Source: Balanoglossus misakiensis (lineage: Eukaryota; Animalia; Hemichordata). Taken from it: a stretch of DNA of 64,000 nt. The stretch is taken from contig CM082584.2 in assembly GCA_040954595.2 (NCBI GenBank), positions 12,058,875-12,122,874 on the forward strand, read 5' to 3'. The position numbers and the translations under genes are program-made. Within the stretch, counting starts at the first letter, position 1, and every line of letters starts with the position of its first letter. Below are positions 62,669 to 64,000 of the stretch, piece after piece. Under the pieces are notes generated by a model. The model did not search any database. It had not been told where the DNA came from and worked only from the letters and a program-made list of their open reading frames with translations.

Positions 62669-64000
62669 ACTGCACTTGTCGTGTTGCCACAGACAGAGTA
62701 CATGTATGTTTTATCGGACACACAGCCATTACACGCCTCCCAGATTCACGGCAGATTCACAAATATCAAAGTGCTTCAATATTGGGCATCGTGTCAATGT
62801 CGTGCTTATAGAAGAGGCGTGAAGAGTCTCTTTTACAAGGAAAGCGAGCGGTCAGATGTTCCCGTGCAATAATTTACGTCAGTGGTGCTTTAAATATACG
62901 TGATGCTTCCTACCGATATATAGAATGCGCTTCATAGATATATTTAAATTTAACAAAATGCAGCTGTCATGTTTTAAACAGTGAAAAAATTAAAGTGGGT
63001 TGAGCAGTGGCTGTGTTTTGTTGCACATTTTGGCTTCTCCGCCAAGAGTTCAGAAACCAACGGTACACACACTGCAGTGTCCTGTACGTACCCACGTGCC
63101 TACTTGTTCAACGCTGTCTCCATGGCAGCCGGGTAGACAGGTAAACAAGGTACGCATAAAGCTGGGATGTCACCAGTTTGCCGGAGTATCAGTGAAGAAT
63201 ATTGGACTGACAAAATAAGCCGATTGTTTTGCGCTTGATGAACTTCTATCTGCGTCGTTATATTGACATATTCTCGGGTTATGCAACGAGACTTTGCTTT
63301 AGCCACCAATACGGCTGTTCTATTGTGTCTATATTAAAATACAGCTGTACACAGAAGGGAGAGCCTACTGCATTTGTATCTGGAATTCTAAAGATCATGC
63401 GCTGGCACAAAACATCTGGGACAGCCACTGTTTGAATACACCAGATGCGTTGTACAATAACACGCATTGTGCCACTTACCCGGACTTTTTGTGACAACTG
63501 ACCGTTAGATTCCGCGAGAGACTTGACCACACAAACTCTAAAAATATTGTTTTAAAATGCGTTTGGCTTTCCTCAGAAGAGATATTTACGTAACTGTCTC
63601 TTGACATTTTTTTACACAAAGGCGCTCTCAGTGCGAAAATCGGATTTAGTGGACTAAAGTTTTAAATTCTTTCGGCATAGCCGATGGAATAATCTCGTTG
63701 TTAAGCAATCCAAGGAATTGAGTATTGATCAGCTATTAGAGATTATAAGATACAAGGGACCTTTTCGAGGTGTTTAGAGAAGAATACAATAAACTGAACC
63801 AAAGTAGCGGTTTCATTCACTGAGGCTTTACAATGTATTGACTGTAGCCCACTGTGGTGGAACTCATACAACTGGCCAAGCAGATAAAGAGTTGTTTTTG
63901 GTTGACGGGGCCTTTGTTTACTTGTTGAGGGCGTGCAATTGATCACGCGAAGGCTTTGGTTGTGACGAGCAGACCAAAGGGCAAACCAACCAAGAGCCAC

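Noticed and set aside
63943-63999. Hydrophobic WLLVGLPFGLLVTTKAFA* on the - strand at the window edge, possibly the C-terminus of the next gene
   Set aside because: Only 18 codons are visible, so it cannot be supported without the adjacent sequence.

Overview
This is AT-rich, intron-rich eukaryotic (metazoan) genomic DNA. Gene content and intron style suggest a marine invertebrate, possibly a deuterostome (inference only). The ORF track mostly shows exon fragments, so I assembled genes by hand from GT-AG sites and exon phase. In order: (1) the 3' end of a tandem ubiquitin-like protein ending in a CaaX box; (2) an NFIL3/E4BP4/vrille-like bZIP gene (-); (3) a ~26-exon polycystin-1-family (PKD1L/REJ) gene with signal peptide-PAN/Apple-EGF-REJ-GAIN/GPS-PLAT-channel architecture (+); (4) a decayed Gypsy integrase remnant; (5) a small single-PDZ gene with two candidate first exons (+); (6) DYNLT5/TCTEX1D1 (-) with alternative first coding exons and a dense array of RFX X-box-like motifs; (7) RIC1 (+, ~31 exons), head-to-head with DYNLT5; (8) a 4-exon, 203-aa orphan single-pass membrane protein gene (-) that the ORF track does not assemble; (9) an SLC13 Na+/carboxylate cotransporter (+). 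There are also three MITE types with target-site duplications and several microsatellites. I saw no prokaryote-type system (CRISPR etc.). The strongest leads are the orphan membrane protein, the prenylatable di-ubiquitin-like protein, the PAN-capped polycystin, the RFX array and the DYNLT5-RIC1 synteny. Internal exon coordinates were read by eye and may be off by a few bases.
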